From positions 1 to 64,000 of IMG/VR virus record IMGVR_UViG_3300029288_000090: 64,000 nt of DNA; one strand, 5' to 3'. The position numbers were made by a program, and so were the translations under genes. The stretch is from a virus. Taxonomy: Duplodnaviria > Caudoviricetes. A model generated the notes under the pieces. The model had not been told where the DNA came from and made no database searches. It was given only the letters and a program-made list of their open reading frames with translations. Of this stretch, positions 29,255 to 38,298 are shown in pieces. Position 1 is the first letter of the stretch; every line of letters starts with the position of its first letter.

Positions 29255-29428
29255 ATGGAACTTCTACTACTTATTCTTATTATTGCATTTTGCTTTGGAG
29301 GCAAGGGAGAACAAAGAGCTAGAACGTATATCAAATCTCCACCAAAAACACCACGTCCGGAAAATGTAAACCCGATACCTCATTCTTTTAAAAAGGACAG
29401 CACAAATGGAACTGAATCTAAAAGGTAA
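29255..29428 (+). CDS. Small membrane-anchored Pro-rich peptide, 57 aa (not in ORF track)
   Basis: MELLLLILIIAFCFGG...SPPKTPRPE...; fills the gap and overlaps the next gene. Confidence 0.45.
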   Translation: MELLLLILIIAFCFGGKGEQRARTYIKSPPKTPRPENVNPIPHSFKKDSTNGTESKR

Positions 29429-30179
29429 AACTGCTTTAATTACAGGAGGTACTCACGGGATAGGGAAAGCTATAACCATGAGTTTGGCTTTGGAAGGATG
29501 TAATGTTATATTTGTATCCAGTAATAAAGATAGAGTTGATTTCATGATAGGAGAGATGGAACCTCTTCGTCAGAAGTTGGAGTTTAACTATGCTGGTTTT
29601 TGTCATGATTTAACTCAAGAAAATGAAATTAGAAACTGTTTGAAAAATATATATACTCTTATTCGTGATATCGGAACTATTGATATTTTGATTAATAATG
29701 TTGGAGGAGGAGGAAGACGGGGAGATAGAATGTGGGAAATAACCCAGCAAGATATATGGGAGGAGGTAATGGCGAAAAATCTTTTCGTTTCATCAATGTT
29801 TACAATGCATCTTATTCCTGATATGATTAAGAAGAAGTGGGGAAGAGTAGTTACTATATCTTCAATTTATGGAAAAGAAAGTGGAGGACGTCCATGGTTT
29901 ACAGCAGCAAAATCAGCACAAATAGCCATGATGAAAGAATTATCACGGAACAGGAGGTATGTATCCTCTGGAATTACTTTTAATACGGTTTGTCCAGGAT
30001 ATATAGATATTCGTGATAATCAGAAGATAGAATATTTGGAAGCTATAGATATTCCTGCAACACGCTATGGGGATCCTTTTGAAGTAGCCAACGTAGTTAG
30101 TTTCTTATGTTCAGATAAAGCTTCTTATGTTAATGGAGCTTGTATTACTGTAGATGGGGGTTTAAGTCATAGTTTTTAG
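29406..30179 (+). CDS. Classical-type SDR oxidoreductase (FabG-like fold)
   Basis: TGGTHGIG, DILINNVG, WGRVVTISS, N.VCPG, VDGG; catalytic motif reads FTAAK. Confidence 0.85.
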   Translation: MELNLKGKTALITGGTHGIGKAITMSLALEGCNVIFVSSNKDRVDFMIGEMEPLRQKLEFNYAGFCHDLTQENEIRNCLKNIYTLIRDIGTIDILINNVGGGGRRGDRMWEITQQDIWEEVMAKNLFVSSMFTMHLIPDMIKKKWGRVVTISSIYGKESGGRPWFTAAKSAQIAMMKELSRNRRYVSSGITFNTVCPGYIDIRDNQKIEYLEAIDIPATRYGDPFEVANVVSFLCSDKASYVNGACITVDGGLSHSF

Positions 30180-30194
30180 AATAAGGAGTCAAAA

Positions 30195-31184
30195 ATGGTT
30201 GTTCAAAGACCTTCAACGAAAAATGTTAAATCATCAAAACTATTTACTGATAAAATTCAACTATTTCATGTAGGAGGCGTAGGCGGAATAGGCCCTGCTT
30301 CCGTTTTATATGGATTTGGTGTCAATGGAATTCATCAAACAGTATTTGAAGCAGATAATGAAAACTTCGCTCCTTCTTCTGGAATAGAGACCACAATTGT
30401 TCCCAAATGTATTTGGAGCGAAGAAGCTGAGATTGACTTTCATTCAATGTGGAAACCTCTTGCCAGTAGTGTCTACCGTGGAAGTACAAAAAATGCCAAA
30501 TTGCAACGTCAGGATGTTAATCATAGACTCGTTATCGAAGAGATGTGCCACGTTGTAAAAACTCATAAGGTTAAAGCAACAACATTGAATAAGTTGATTG
30601 AGAATAAGGAGATCCCAATTCCTGATTATCTCAGTATGGATGTTCAAGGAGCAGAGCTGGCTATTATGCAAGGATCTACTACAGCTTTTGAATCTGATCT
30701 TTTAGGAGTTTGTACCGAAGTAGAATTTCAAGAACTATATGAAGGACAACCTTTATTTGCTCATCAAGATGCCTTTTTAAGACAGTATCAATTTACATTG
30801 TGGAATTTCTTCAGCGTTGAGTATTGGTATCCTGGACTAATTATGGGACAAGGAGCTTTTACTGTTGCAGAAGCTGTTTATTTCCGTGACGTGAATTGGT
30901 TTGTTGAAAGATATGAAAATGATAAGCAGTCCCTTCTGGAACGTCTTCTTAAGTTGGCTTTGGTTGCCAAGCAATCGGGTTTTGTTTCTTATGGCTTGTA
31001 TATTCTAGACTATATCTCCATTCATCTTACAGATCTTTACTATCAATTTCAGAAGGAACATGTAAACGCTTGGTTTACCAAAGACTTAATTGCATATCAT
31101 ACAGCTATGTGTACGCAAAGAAAACAGTATGAAGCCACTCCATCATGGGCACAATCAGCAGGAATTGACTTAAGTAAAATGTAG
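30195..31184 (+). CDS. FkbM-family methyltransferase
   Basis: HVGG.G, FEAD, DYLSMDVQGAEL..MQG, TEVEF.ELYEGQPLF. Confidence 0.85.
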   Translation: MVVQRPSTKNVKSSKLFTDKIQLFHVGGVGGIGPASVLYGFGVNGIHQTVFEADNENFAPSSGIETTIVPKCIWSEEAEIDFHSMWKPLASSVYRGSTKNAKLQRQDVNHRLVIEEMCHVVKTHKVKATTLNKLIENKEIPIPDYLSMDVQGAELAIMQGSTTAFESDLLGVCTEVEFQELYEGQPLFAHQDAFLRQYQFTLWNFFSVEYWYPGLIMGQGAFTVAEAVYFRDVNWFVERYENDKQSLLERLLKLALVAKQSGFVSYGLYILDYISIHLTDLYYQFQKEHVNAWFTKDLIAYHTAMCTQRKQYEATPSWAQSAGIDLSKM

Positions 31185-31194
31185 GAGTCTTAGT

Positions 31195-32208
31195 ATGCTA
31201 TCGCAAGAAATCAAAGATTATCTAAAAGGAAAGAACTGTCTTGTTACAGGAGGAACTGGACTCATAGGACGACAAGTTGTTGATCTATTAGTGGATTGTG
31301 AGGCAGCAGTAACTTCTGTTTCTCTTGATTCCCTTACTCTTAATAAGCATGCTAATTATGGCGTTGTTGATCTTTCTGACTATAAATTCATAAGATCACT
31401 TATTAAAAGTATGGATCTTGTTCTTCATGTAGCTGGAATAAAGGGATCAATTGAAGTAACAAAAACAAAACCTGCTAGCTTCTTCGTTCCTCTTCTTCAG
31501 ATGAATACAAATGTTTTAGAAGCTTGTAGGTCATGTGGAATAAAACGAATGGTCTATGTCAGTTCTGTCGGGGCATATCAATCTGCAGAGATATTTAAAG
31601 AAAAGGATTGTGACTTCTCTAAACCTCCTATGGACGAATTTCCGGGTTGGGCAAAAAGGATGGCTGAACTGCAAATTCAAGCATATAAGAAGCAGTATGG
31701 AATAGTAGATTATGCTATTGTCCGTCCTGCTAATATATATGGACCTGGAGATAATTTTGATTCTAAAAATGCTATGGTTATTCCTTCTCTTATGGCAAGA
31801 TTAGTGGATGGAGAAAATCCATTAGTTGTATGGGGAGACGGTTCAGCTGTACGAGATTTTGCTTATTCTAAAGATATTGCAGAAGGAATTATTCGGGCTC
31901 TTTACTATGGAACTGATGGAGAAGTAGTCAATCTTGGATCTGGAAAAGGAGTTACTATTCGTGAGTTAGTAGAAACATTAGCAGAGGTTTGTAAGGATGA
32001 TCTTTCTTTTGACATCAAATTTGACGAAGCAAAACCTTCTGGATTTCCTAAACGTGTTATGGATATAACCAGAGCACAGCAGTGGTTTGGTTGGGAACCT
32101 ACAACTTCTCTTAAAGATGGATTGAAAGAAACCTGGGATTGGTTTTTAGATCATGGAGAAGAATCACTTAAAAGAACGGATTATTTCAATGAGCAAGCCA
32201 CTAGTTAG
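31195..32208 (+). CDS. NAD-dependent nucleotide-sugar epimerase/reductase (GDP-fucose synthase-like)
   Basis: VTGGTGLIG, RPANIYGPGDNF, VIPSL, VWGDGSAVRDF, NLGSG; catalytic motif reads PGWAK. Confidence 0.85.
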   Translation: MLSQEIKDYLKGKNCLVTGGTGLIGRQVVDLLVDCEAAVTSVSLDSLTLNKHANYGVVDLSDYKFIRSLIKSMDLVLHVAGIKGSIEVTKTKPASFFVPLLQMNTNVLEACRSCGIKRMVYVSSVGAYQSAEIFKEKDCDFSKPPMDEFPGWAKRMAELQIQAYKKQYGIVDYAIVRPANIYGPGDNFDSKNAMVIPSLMARLVDGENPLVVWGDGSAVRDFAYSKDIAEGIIRALYYGTDGEVVNLGSGKGVTIRELVETLAEVCKDDLSFDIKFDEAKPSGFPKRVMDITRAQQWFGWEPTTSLKDGLKETWDWFLDHGEESLKRTDYFNEQATS

Positions 32209-32986
32209 TATTTATGCTGCGGCTATTCGACCTTCATTATGGATGAGATTATACGAATCTCTTCTCCAAAATGAAGATATAAGATTTGAAGTTGTTTTTG
32301 TCGGACATATTCCTCCTAACTATGCTCTTCCAAAAGATTTTAAATATATTTATAGTCCAGTGAAACCTGTTCAGTGTGCAGAAATAGCTTTTCGAAATAC
32401 TCAAGGACATTTTTGTATACAAGCGTTTGACGATCTTGTTTTTGGACCACATGCTTTGGATTGTTTATTTAGACAATATAAAGAAGTTGGTCATAAATGG
32501 TATCTTCCCTGTTGTATTCAGTATGCAAAGAATGTTCTTATAGAAAAAGAGAGATGCAGATTCTTTGGATGCATTTTAGACTCTCCTATTCTTCCTATCT
32601 GTGGATTTTATAGGAGGGATGCTTTGGAGGAAGTAGGGAGTAGAGATAGTTGTTTTATTCGTACATATGCTGATTTAGATATTGCTATGAGATACTATGA
32701 AAAAGGAGGATGGGCAGAGTTTTGTGATCATGCAATAGTCAATGAGCTTCCTCCTGAAAATACTACAGACTATTCAGGGTTGAATCATAAAGGATCACAA
32801 ATAGATTGGCCAAAACTTCTTTCTCTTTGGAGTATTTCTAGAGAAGACTATAAAATACATTCTAGACCTTTTTATTGTGTAATGGGAGATACGTTCGTAG
32901 TAAAAAATAGAATACGCCCTGTTGAACCTTTTGTTGAAGATGGCTTACTAGATCATTCACAAGGAGCTAATGATGACTGGATCTAA
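32189..32986 (+). CDS. GT-A glycosyltransferase, paralog 3 of 7
   Basis: KPLVSIY..AIRP, FEVVFVGH, SPVKPVQCAEI, FDD; start at overlapping ATG 32189. Confidence 0.75.
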   Translation: MSKPLVSIYAAAIRPSLWMRLYESLLQNEDIRFEVVFVGHIPPNYALPKDFKYIYSPVKPVQCAEIAFRNTQGHFCIQAFDDLVFGPHALDCLFRQYKEVGHKWYLPCCIQYAKNVLIEKERCRFFGCILDSPILPICGFYRRDALEEVGSRDSCFIRTYADLDIAMRYYEKGGWAEFCDHAIVNELPPENTTDYSGLNHKGSQIDWPKLLSLWSISREDYKIHSRPFYCVMGDTFVVKNRIRPVEPFVEDGLLDHSQGANDDWI

Positions 32987-33731
32987 ACCTTTAGTCAGTA
33001 TTTATATGCCAGCAATTCGACCTCACTGGTGGAGAAGAATTTATGATTCTCTTCAAAGCAATAAGAAAGTAGATTTTGAACTGATCTTTGTAGGACATGT
33101 TCATCCTGATTTTCCTATGCCTAGCAATATGATTCATATTTACTCTCCTGTCAAACCTGCACAGTGTGCGGAAATAGGATTCCGAAATTGTCATGGACAG
33201 TTTTGCATGAATATAGCAGATGACATCGTTTTTGGAGAGAGATGTCTGGATATTCTCTACGATAAGTTTATATCATTAGGAACGGATTTGGTTGTTGTTT
33301 CTTGCATTCATCATGCTGGAGGAAAGCCACTTCCCAAGGAGATGAACACGTTTTTTCCTAATAATCCTTCTACTCCTATTAATCCTATAGCTGGATTGTA
33401 CAAGACAGAAGTTTATAGAAGTTTGGGGTCAAGGGATAGAAATTTTGTATGTACATATTCTGATTCTGACATGGCTTTCAGATTGTATGAACGTGGAGGA
33501 AAAAGTGTAATATGTGAGGAGGCCCATGTTCACGAAGTTAACCCTCCTGGAACACGTCATGATTCAGGATTGAATTGGATAGGAAAAGATATAGATTGGC
33601 CTCTTATGTTAGATTTATGGTTCAAAAACAGAAGTACGGTTTATTTAGGAAAACGATCTCGTTCCATCGACCCATTCGTAGAAGAAGGATTACTTACAGC
33701 ATCTCAAGGTCCGAAAGGAAAATGGCAGTGA
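32970..33731 (+). CDS. GT-A glycosyltransferase, paralog 4 of 7
   Basis: Same motifs, ADD, ends SQGPKGKWQ. Confidence 0.75.
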   Translation: MMTGSKPLVSIYMPAIRPHWWRRIYDSLQSNKKVDFELIFVGHVHPDFPMPSNMIHIYSPVKPAQCAEIGFRNCHGQFCMNIADDIVFGERCLDILYDKFISLGTDLVVVSCIHHAGGKPLPKEMNTFFPNNPSTPINPIAGLYKTEVYRSLGSRDRNFVCTYSDSDMAFRLYERGGKSVICEEAHVHEVNPPGTRHDSGLNWIGKDIDWPLMLDLWFKNRSTVYLGKRSRSIDPFVEEGLLTASQGPKGKWQ

Positions 33732-34531
33732 AACCAGTAATTAGTTTATATGTCCCTAGTATAAGACCAGAAAATTGGCCTAAACAACTTGCTTCTTTAA
33801 AGCAAAGTACTGTTCCTTTTGAAGTTATTTATGTAGGGCATGTTCCTCCTATTGAAGGAAAGAACTATCCTCCTGAACTTCAGTATATTCATAGTGCTGT
33901 CAAACCAGCTCAATGTGCCGAGATAGGGTTTAGAGCATGTGAGGGAGAATTTTGTATATTTGCTCAGGATGATGTCATATTTGGACCTAATACATTGGAT
34001 ATTCTCCATGCTGCTTTCTTAAAGCAAGGAACAGACTTGTCTGTTGTATCGTGTATGCCTTACTTAAATGGAAGTCCTCTGGAAACAGCTCGATACCGTT
34101 TTTGGGATGGAGACCGTGGGAGTCCTATGACTCCAATAGGAGGATTATACAAGAGGAGTGTACTGGTAGAATTAGGCGGGATAGATAAGAATTTTGTGTG
34201 CACTGCTTGGGATATTGATCTATGTATGAGATTATTTGAACGTGGAGGATTTGGAGTTTTTTGTGAGGGAACTATTGCGAATGAAGTAGTTCCTCCTAAC
34301 TCCACGAGACTGTGCTCCTATGGAGCAAGAATTGATCGTCCACTTCTTCACACTCTGTGGACTATGACGCACGGAGAATATGCTCATCAAAAGAACATCC
34401 CTATTCATTATTTGAATCCTGGTCGAAAACCCAATGGAGTTATTTGTAAGAATCGCCGACGTCCCTTTGAACCTTTTTCTCCTATTGATCTTTTAGTCAA
34501 GTCTCAAGGTCCTACAGGAAGATGGCAATGA
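33722..34531 (+). CDS. GT-A glycosyltransferase, paralog 5 of 7
   Basis: Homology begins at MAVKPVISLY (33722); QDD; GGIDKNF; ends SQGPTGRWQ. Confidence 0.75.
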   Translation: MAVKPVISLYVPSIRPENWPKQLASLKQSTVPFEVIYVGHVPPIEGKNYPPELQYIHSAVKPAQCAEIGFRACEGEFCIFAQDDVIFGPNTLDILHAAFLKQGTDLSVVSCMPYLNGSPLETARYRFWDGDRGSPMTPIGGLYKRSVLVELGGIDKNFVCTAWDIDLCMRLFERGGFGVFCEGTIANEVVPPNSTRLCSYGARIDRPLLHTLWTMTHGEYAHQKNIPIHYLNPGRKPNGVICKNRRRPFEPFSPIDLLVKSQGPTGRWQ

Positions 34532-35397
34532 AAACACACTCTCGATTCAGGACAAGATGTCGATCTATGCCTACAACTTTTGAAAAGCCTATTATTAGCA
34601 TATATGTTCCTTCCATTCGCCCTTCTTTATGGAAGAGATTATACGATTCGTTACTTCTTAACAGAACACCATTTGAAGTTATTTTTGTAGGCCCTATAAC
34701 TGGAAGGTTTCAACTTCCTAAGAATGTCAGATATATCTGTACATCAGTAAAACCTTCTCAATGTGCAGAAATAGGATTAAGATCCTGTATAGGTCAATAT
34801 TGTATATTTGCTCAAGATGATATTGTTTTCAGTAAAAAAGCTTTAGATATTCTCTATGAAACAGCCAAAGAAAAAGGAGATCAGGTTGTTGTTTCTTGTT
34901 ATCCTTGTGTCAACTATAGAAGATTGCAAGATTCTTATTACAGATTCTTTCCTGTAGATGATAAAGATACAATTCATAAAAAAGATAGTCCTATAGTTCC
35001 TTTGTGTGGCATATATAAAAAATCAGTTTTGATGGAGTTAGGAGGAATAGATAGAAATTTTATTTGCAGTTGTTGGGACATTGATTTAGCTATGAGATTT
35101 TATGAAAAAGGAGGGCAGGCTATATTTCATCCAGATGCTTTGGCTAATGAGATAGTTGTTCCAAAAGAAAAAAGATTAGCTGCAGAAGGAAAGAAAGACA
35201 GAACTTTTCTGGAATCTTTATGGACGATGACACATGAAGAATTCAAACATCCTACTAATGTTGGAATGCCTGTGTTTCATATAGATAACAATATACCTAT
35301 TGGAGTCATAGTCAAGACTAGAAGAAAACCCTTTACTCCTTTTACAGAAGAGAATATTATGACTATTTCTCAAGATCCCAAAGGAAGATGGCAATGA
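34522..35397 (+). CDS. GT-A glycosyltransferase, paralog 6 of 7
   Basis: KPIISIYVPSIRP, QDD, GGIDRNF; ends SQDPKGRWQ. Confidence 0.75.
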   Translation: MAMKTHSRFRTRCRSMPTTFEKPIISIYVPSIRPSLWKRLYDSLLLNRTPFEVIFVGPITGRFQLPKNVRYICTSVKPSQCAEIGLRSCIGQYCIFAQDDIVFSKKALDILYETAKEKGDQVVVSCYPCVNYRRLQDSYYRFFPVDDKDTIHKKDSPIVPLCGIYKKSVLMELGGIDRNFICSCWDIDLAMRFYEKGGQAIFHPDALANEIVVPKEKRLAAEGKKDRTFLESLWTMTHEEFKHPTNVGMPVFHIDNNIPIGVIVKTRRKPFTPFTEENIMTISQDPKGRWQ

Positions 35398-36200
35398 AGC
35401 CAGTGATTAGCATTTATGTTCCTGGAGTAAGGCCTCATTTTTGGTTACAGATGTATGACTCCTTATGTGCTAATGATATTTCTTTTGAACTTATCTTTGT
35501 AGGACATATAGATCCTCCTTATATTCTTCCTAATAATGTTCTTCATCTTCATACACCAGTCAAGCCAGTGCAATGTGCTGAGATAGGGTTTAGATTATGC
35601 CAGGGTGAATACTGTATGTATCTTGCAGATGACATTTTGTTGAATCCACATGCGTTAGATATTCTTTATGAGAAAACAAAGGAGAAAGACGGATCTGCAA
35701 TTTTTTCTTGTACTCCTTATATTAATGGGAGGAGGATTAAAACAGCTTCTTATAGATTCTTTCCTGCTGATGATATTAGTCAGTACAGAGAAGATAGTCC
35801 TATAACTCCTTTAGGAGCTTTATATAAAAAGAAATGGATCCGTGAGCTAGGAGGAATAGATAGAAATTTCGTTTGCACAGCTTGGGATATTGATTTGGCT
35901 ATGAGATTTTATGAACAAGGAGGAATCTGTGAATTTTTAGAAGAGGCGGAAGCTAATGAGATTGTTCCCTCACAATCTGGAAGATTAGCAACGGAGGGAG
36001 AAGGAGATAGACTTACGTTAGAACGATTTTGGACTGTGAGAAGGACCAATATCACTCCGGAAGAAGAAAAAACTACTGTTATGTATGTTGATGAATCTTT
36101 ACCCTTATGTATCCTGAAAAAGAGAACTTGTCCAGTAGAATCCTTTGTAGATGATAATATAGGAACACTTTCCCAGGGTCCCAAGGGAAAATGGGTATAA
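35388..36200 (+). CDS. GT-A glycosyltransferase, paralog 7 of 7
   Basis: KPVISIYVPGVRP, ADD, GGIDRNF; ends SQGPKGKWV. Confidence 0.75.
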   Translation: MAMKPVISIYVPGVRPHFWLQMYDSLCANDISFELIFVGHIDPPYILPNNVLHLHTPVKPVQCAEIGFRLCQGEYCMYLADDILLNPHALDILYEKTKEKDGSAIFSCTPYINGRRIKTASYRFFPADDISQYREDSPITPLGALYKKKWIRELGGIDRNFVCTAWDIDLAMRFYEQGGICEFLEEAEANEIVPSQSGRLATEGEGDRLTLERFWTVRRTNITPEEEKTTVMYVDESLPLCILKKRTCPVESFVDDNIGTLSQGPKGKWV

Positions 36201-36283
36201 ATGACACACTGGGTGTGCTTGTATGTGTTTTGTTTTTAATACGTGTATAAATATTCCCTTAAAACACGTATACGTGAATCCAA

Positions 36284-36361
36284 TATAACTACTTATAATA
36301 CAATAGGTTATATAAAAGATTGAAAAAGGTATTATAACTGCTTATAATACAATAGGTTATA
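36284..36361. repeat. Pair of 29-bp imperfect palindromes (operator-like), locus A
   Basis: TATAACTACTTATAATACAATAGGTTATA (36284-36312) and TATAACTGCTTATAATACAATAGGTTATA (36333-36361). Confidence 0.85.
36320..36348 (+). promoter_or_regulatory. Sigma70-type promoter
   Basis: TTGAAA-17 nt-TATAAT, 16 nt upstream of the radical SAM ATG. Confidence 0.7.
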
Positions 36362-36364
36362 CAT

Positions 36365-37756
36365 ATGAAAATACTTTTTGTAATCAATCAGTTAGATTAT
36401 GCAGATCATATATCTATAGCGTATCTATCTGCAATTGCAAAAAAGAAGGGACATAAGACAGCTCTTTGCATCCTTTCACAACATCCTTTGCTAAATAAGT
36501 TTATAGAGTTTCATCCAGATGTAGTAGCCTATTCTACGGATATAACAGGATTTAATAATATCGTTCTCGCCCATAGGACATTAAAAAGTATTCGTAAGTC
36601 CTTCGTTTCTATTTTAGGAGGGCCACATGCTACTTTTTCTCCTGGAACTTTTCTTGATTCTGGAATGGATGCCTACTGTATAGGAGAAGGAGAAGGTGCC
36701 TTTTCCGATTTTTTGGATGCTGTAGAAAGAGGAGAAGCTATTTATGCAATTCCTAATCTAATAACTTATGGAGGATCCACTCCTGTCAGGTCTTTGATTC
36801 AGGATCTGGACTTATTACCTTTTCCTGATAGAGAGTTGACTATTGCTAATTCTCATTTGAAAGATGTACCCAAAAAGACATTTTATACTACTCGTGGCTG
36901 TCCATTCAGCTGTAGTTATTGTTGTAACAACTATTATAAAGAACTATATAGAGGAAAAGGAAAGATCGTTCGTCGCTTTTCTGTTTCTCGTGTGTTGGAA
37001 GAAATTAGATTTGTTAGAAGTAGATTTAGAACAGATTTCATAAAGTTTGGAGATGATCTTTTTGCATTGAAAGCAGATGATTGGTTGAAAGAATTTGCAG
37101 AAAGATACCCAAGGGAAATAGGAATTCCGTTTAATTGTTATCTTCGTTTTGATCAGGTGGATAAAGAAGTTTTACAACTTCTTCAACAATCAGGATGTTA
37201 TTCTGTTCATCTTTCAGTAGATAGTGCTTCGGAATATGTTAGAGAAAATATTCTTCATCGACAAATGAAGAAGATAGATATTATTTGGACGCTAAGATTG
37301 ATCCGATTTTATGGAATGCATACGTGGGTCAATTTTATGCTAGCCCTTCCTGAATCTACTTTAGAGGACGACCTTACTTCTTTAAGTATATGTCGAAAAG
37401 GAAAAGTTACTTATCCTTCTTTTTGCACTACAGATCCGATGAAGGGAACGGCTCTTCATACGTATTGTATAAATAAAGGATATTTGGATCCATCCTATGA
37501 AGGGGATATGACAAAGCTAAAGGATAAATCTCCTTTAAACTGTTTTAGTAAAAAGGAAAAAGCAATTAGATACAATATAGCTTTGTTAGGATCTGTTGCT
37601 GCAAGAAGCCCAAAATATCTTGATTGGTTGTTTATGTTTCTAATTAAATATATTCCCCCCAATCCAGTTTTTAGATGGATTCAAAAATGGTTCTACAAGT
37701 ACAGTATAACGCATACCATTTTTAAACTTCCGAAAGGCGAAATATGGAAACTGTAA
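36365..37756 (+). CDS. Cobalamin-binding radical SAM protein (class B methyltransferase-like)
   Basis: N-terminal B12-binding domain (YLSA, PDVVAYS, GGPHAT, IGEGE), DLDLLPFPDR, TRGCPFSCSYC CxxxCxxC. Confidence 0.85.
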   Translation: MKILFVINQLDYADHISIAYLSAIAKKKGHKTALCILSQHPLLNKFIEFHPDVVAYSTDITGFNNIVLAHRTLKSIRKSFVSILGGPHATFSPGTFLDSGMDAYCIGEGEGAFSDFLDAVERGEAIYAIPNLITYGGSTPVRSLIQDLDLLPFPDRELTIANSHLKDVPKKTFYTTRGCPFSCSYCCNNYYKELYRGKGKIVRRFSVSRVLEEIRFVRSRFRTDFIKFGDDLFALKADDWLKEFAERYPREIGIPFNCYLRFDQVDKEVLQLLQQSGCYSVHLSVDSASEYVRENILHRQMKKIDIIWTLRLIRFYGMHTWVNFMLALPESTLEDDLTSLSICRKGKVTYPSFCTTDPMKGTALHTYCINKGYLDPSYEGDMTKLKDKSPLNCFSKKEKAIRYNIALLGSVAARSPKYLDWLFMFLIKYIPPNPVFRWIQKWFYKYSITHTIFKLPKGEIWKL

Positions 37757-38298
37757 AACGGTCCAGATTAGTTTCTGTTGAGAAAACTAAACTCCCTAAC
37801 GTTCTTTTATTCAAAAGAGAAGTGTTTGAAGATCATCGTGGTACCTATGAGGAACTATGGAATGAAGAAGTGTATCAAGCAGAAATAGAACGTTTGATCG
37901 GTTTTAAGATGCGATTTATGGAAGACGATATAGCTATTTCCAACAAACATGTCTTAAGGGGACTTCATGGAGATGATAGGACTTGGAAGTTAGTTACTTG
38001 TTTAAAGGGACGGTTTTATATTGTTGTAGCGTGTAACGATTCTAATTCTTCTTATTACACAGATTGGCAGTCTTTTGTTCTTTCGGATAGTAATAAGCAT
38101 CAATTGTTAGTACCTCCTATGCACGGGCATGGATATGTAGTTATGTCAGACGATGCGATATTTCATTACAAACAGTCACATTCTTATCGTGGGATGGTTC
38201 AGCAGTTTACAATTAAGTATGATGATGAACGTTTTGGATTTTGGTGGCCAGTCCAGAATCCTATTTTGTCCCTTAGGGACACGAGAGGCAAAGTATGA
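37744..38298 (+). CDS. rmlC: NDP-4-keto-6-deoxyhexose 3,5-epimerase (RmlC family)
   Basis: FEDHRG, S.KHVLRGLH, KLVTC..G, LLVPP..GHG, YK, WP...PILS.RD. Confidence 0.85.
   Translation: METVKRSRLVSVEKTKLPNVLLFKREVFEDHRGTYEELWNEEVYQAEIERLIGFKMRFMEDDIAISNKHVLRGLHGDDRTWKLVTCLKGRFYIVVACNDSNSSYYTDWQSFVLSDSNKHQLLVPPMHGHGYVVMSDDAIFHYKQSHSYRGMVQQFTIKYDDERFGFWWPVQNPILSLRDTRGKV

Noticed and set aside
32189-36200. Diversity-generating retroelement template/variable repeats
   Set aside because: Paralog similarity is protein-level with substitutions at all bases, not adenine-specific; no reverse transcriptase in the window.
36284-36361. Mini CRISPR array (29-bp repeats)
   Set aside because: Only two repeats per locus, 20-28 nt AT-rich spacers containing promoter elements, and no cas genes.
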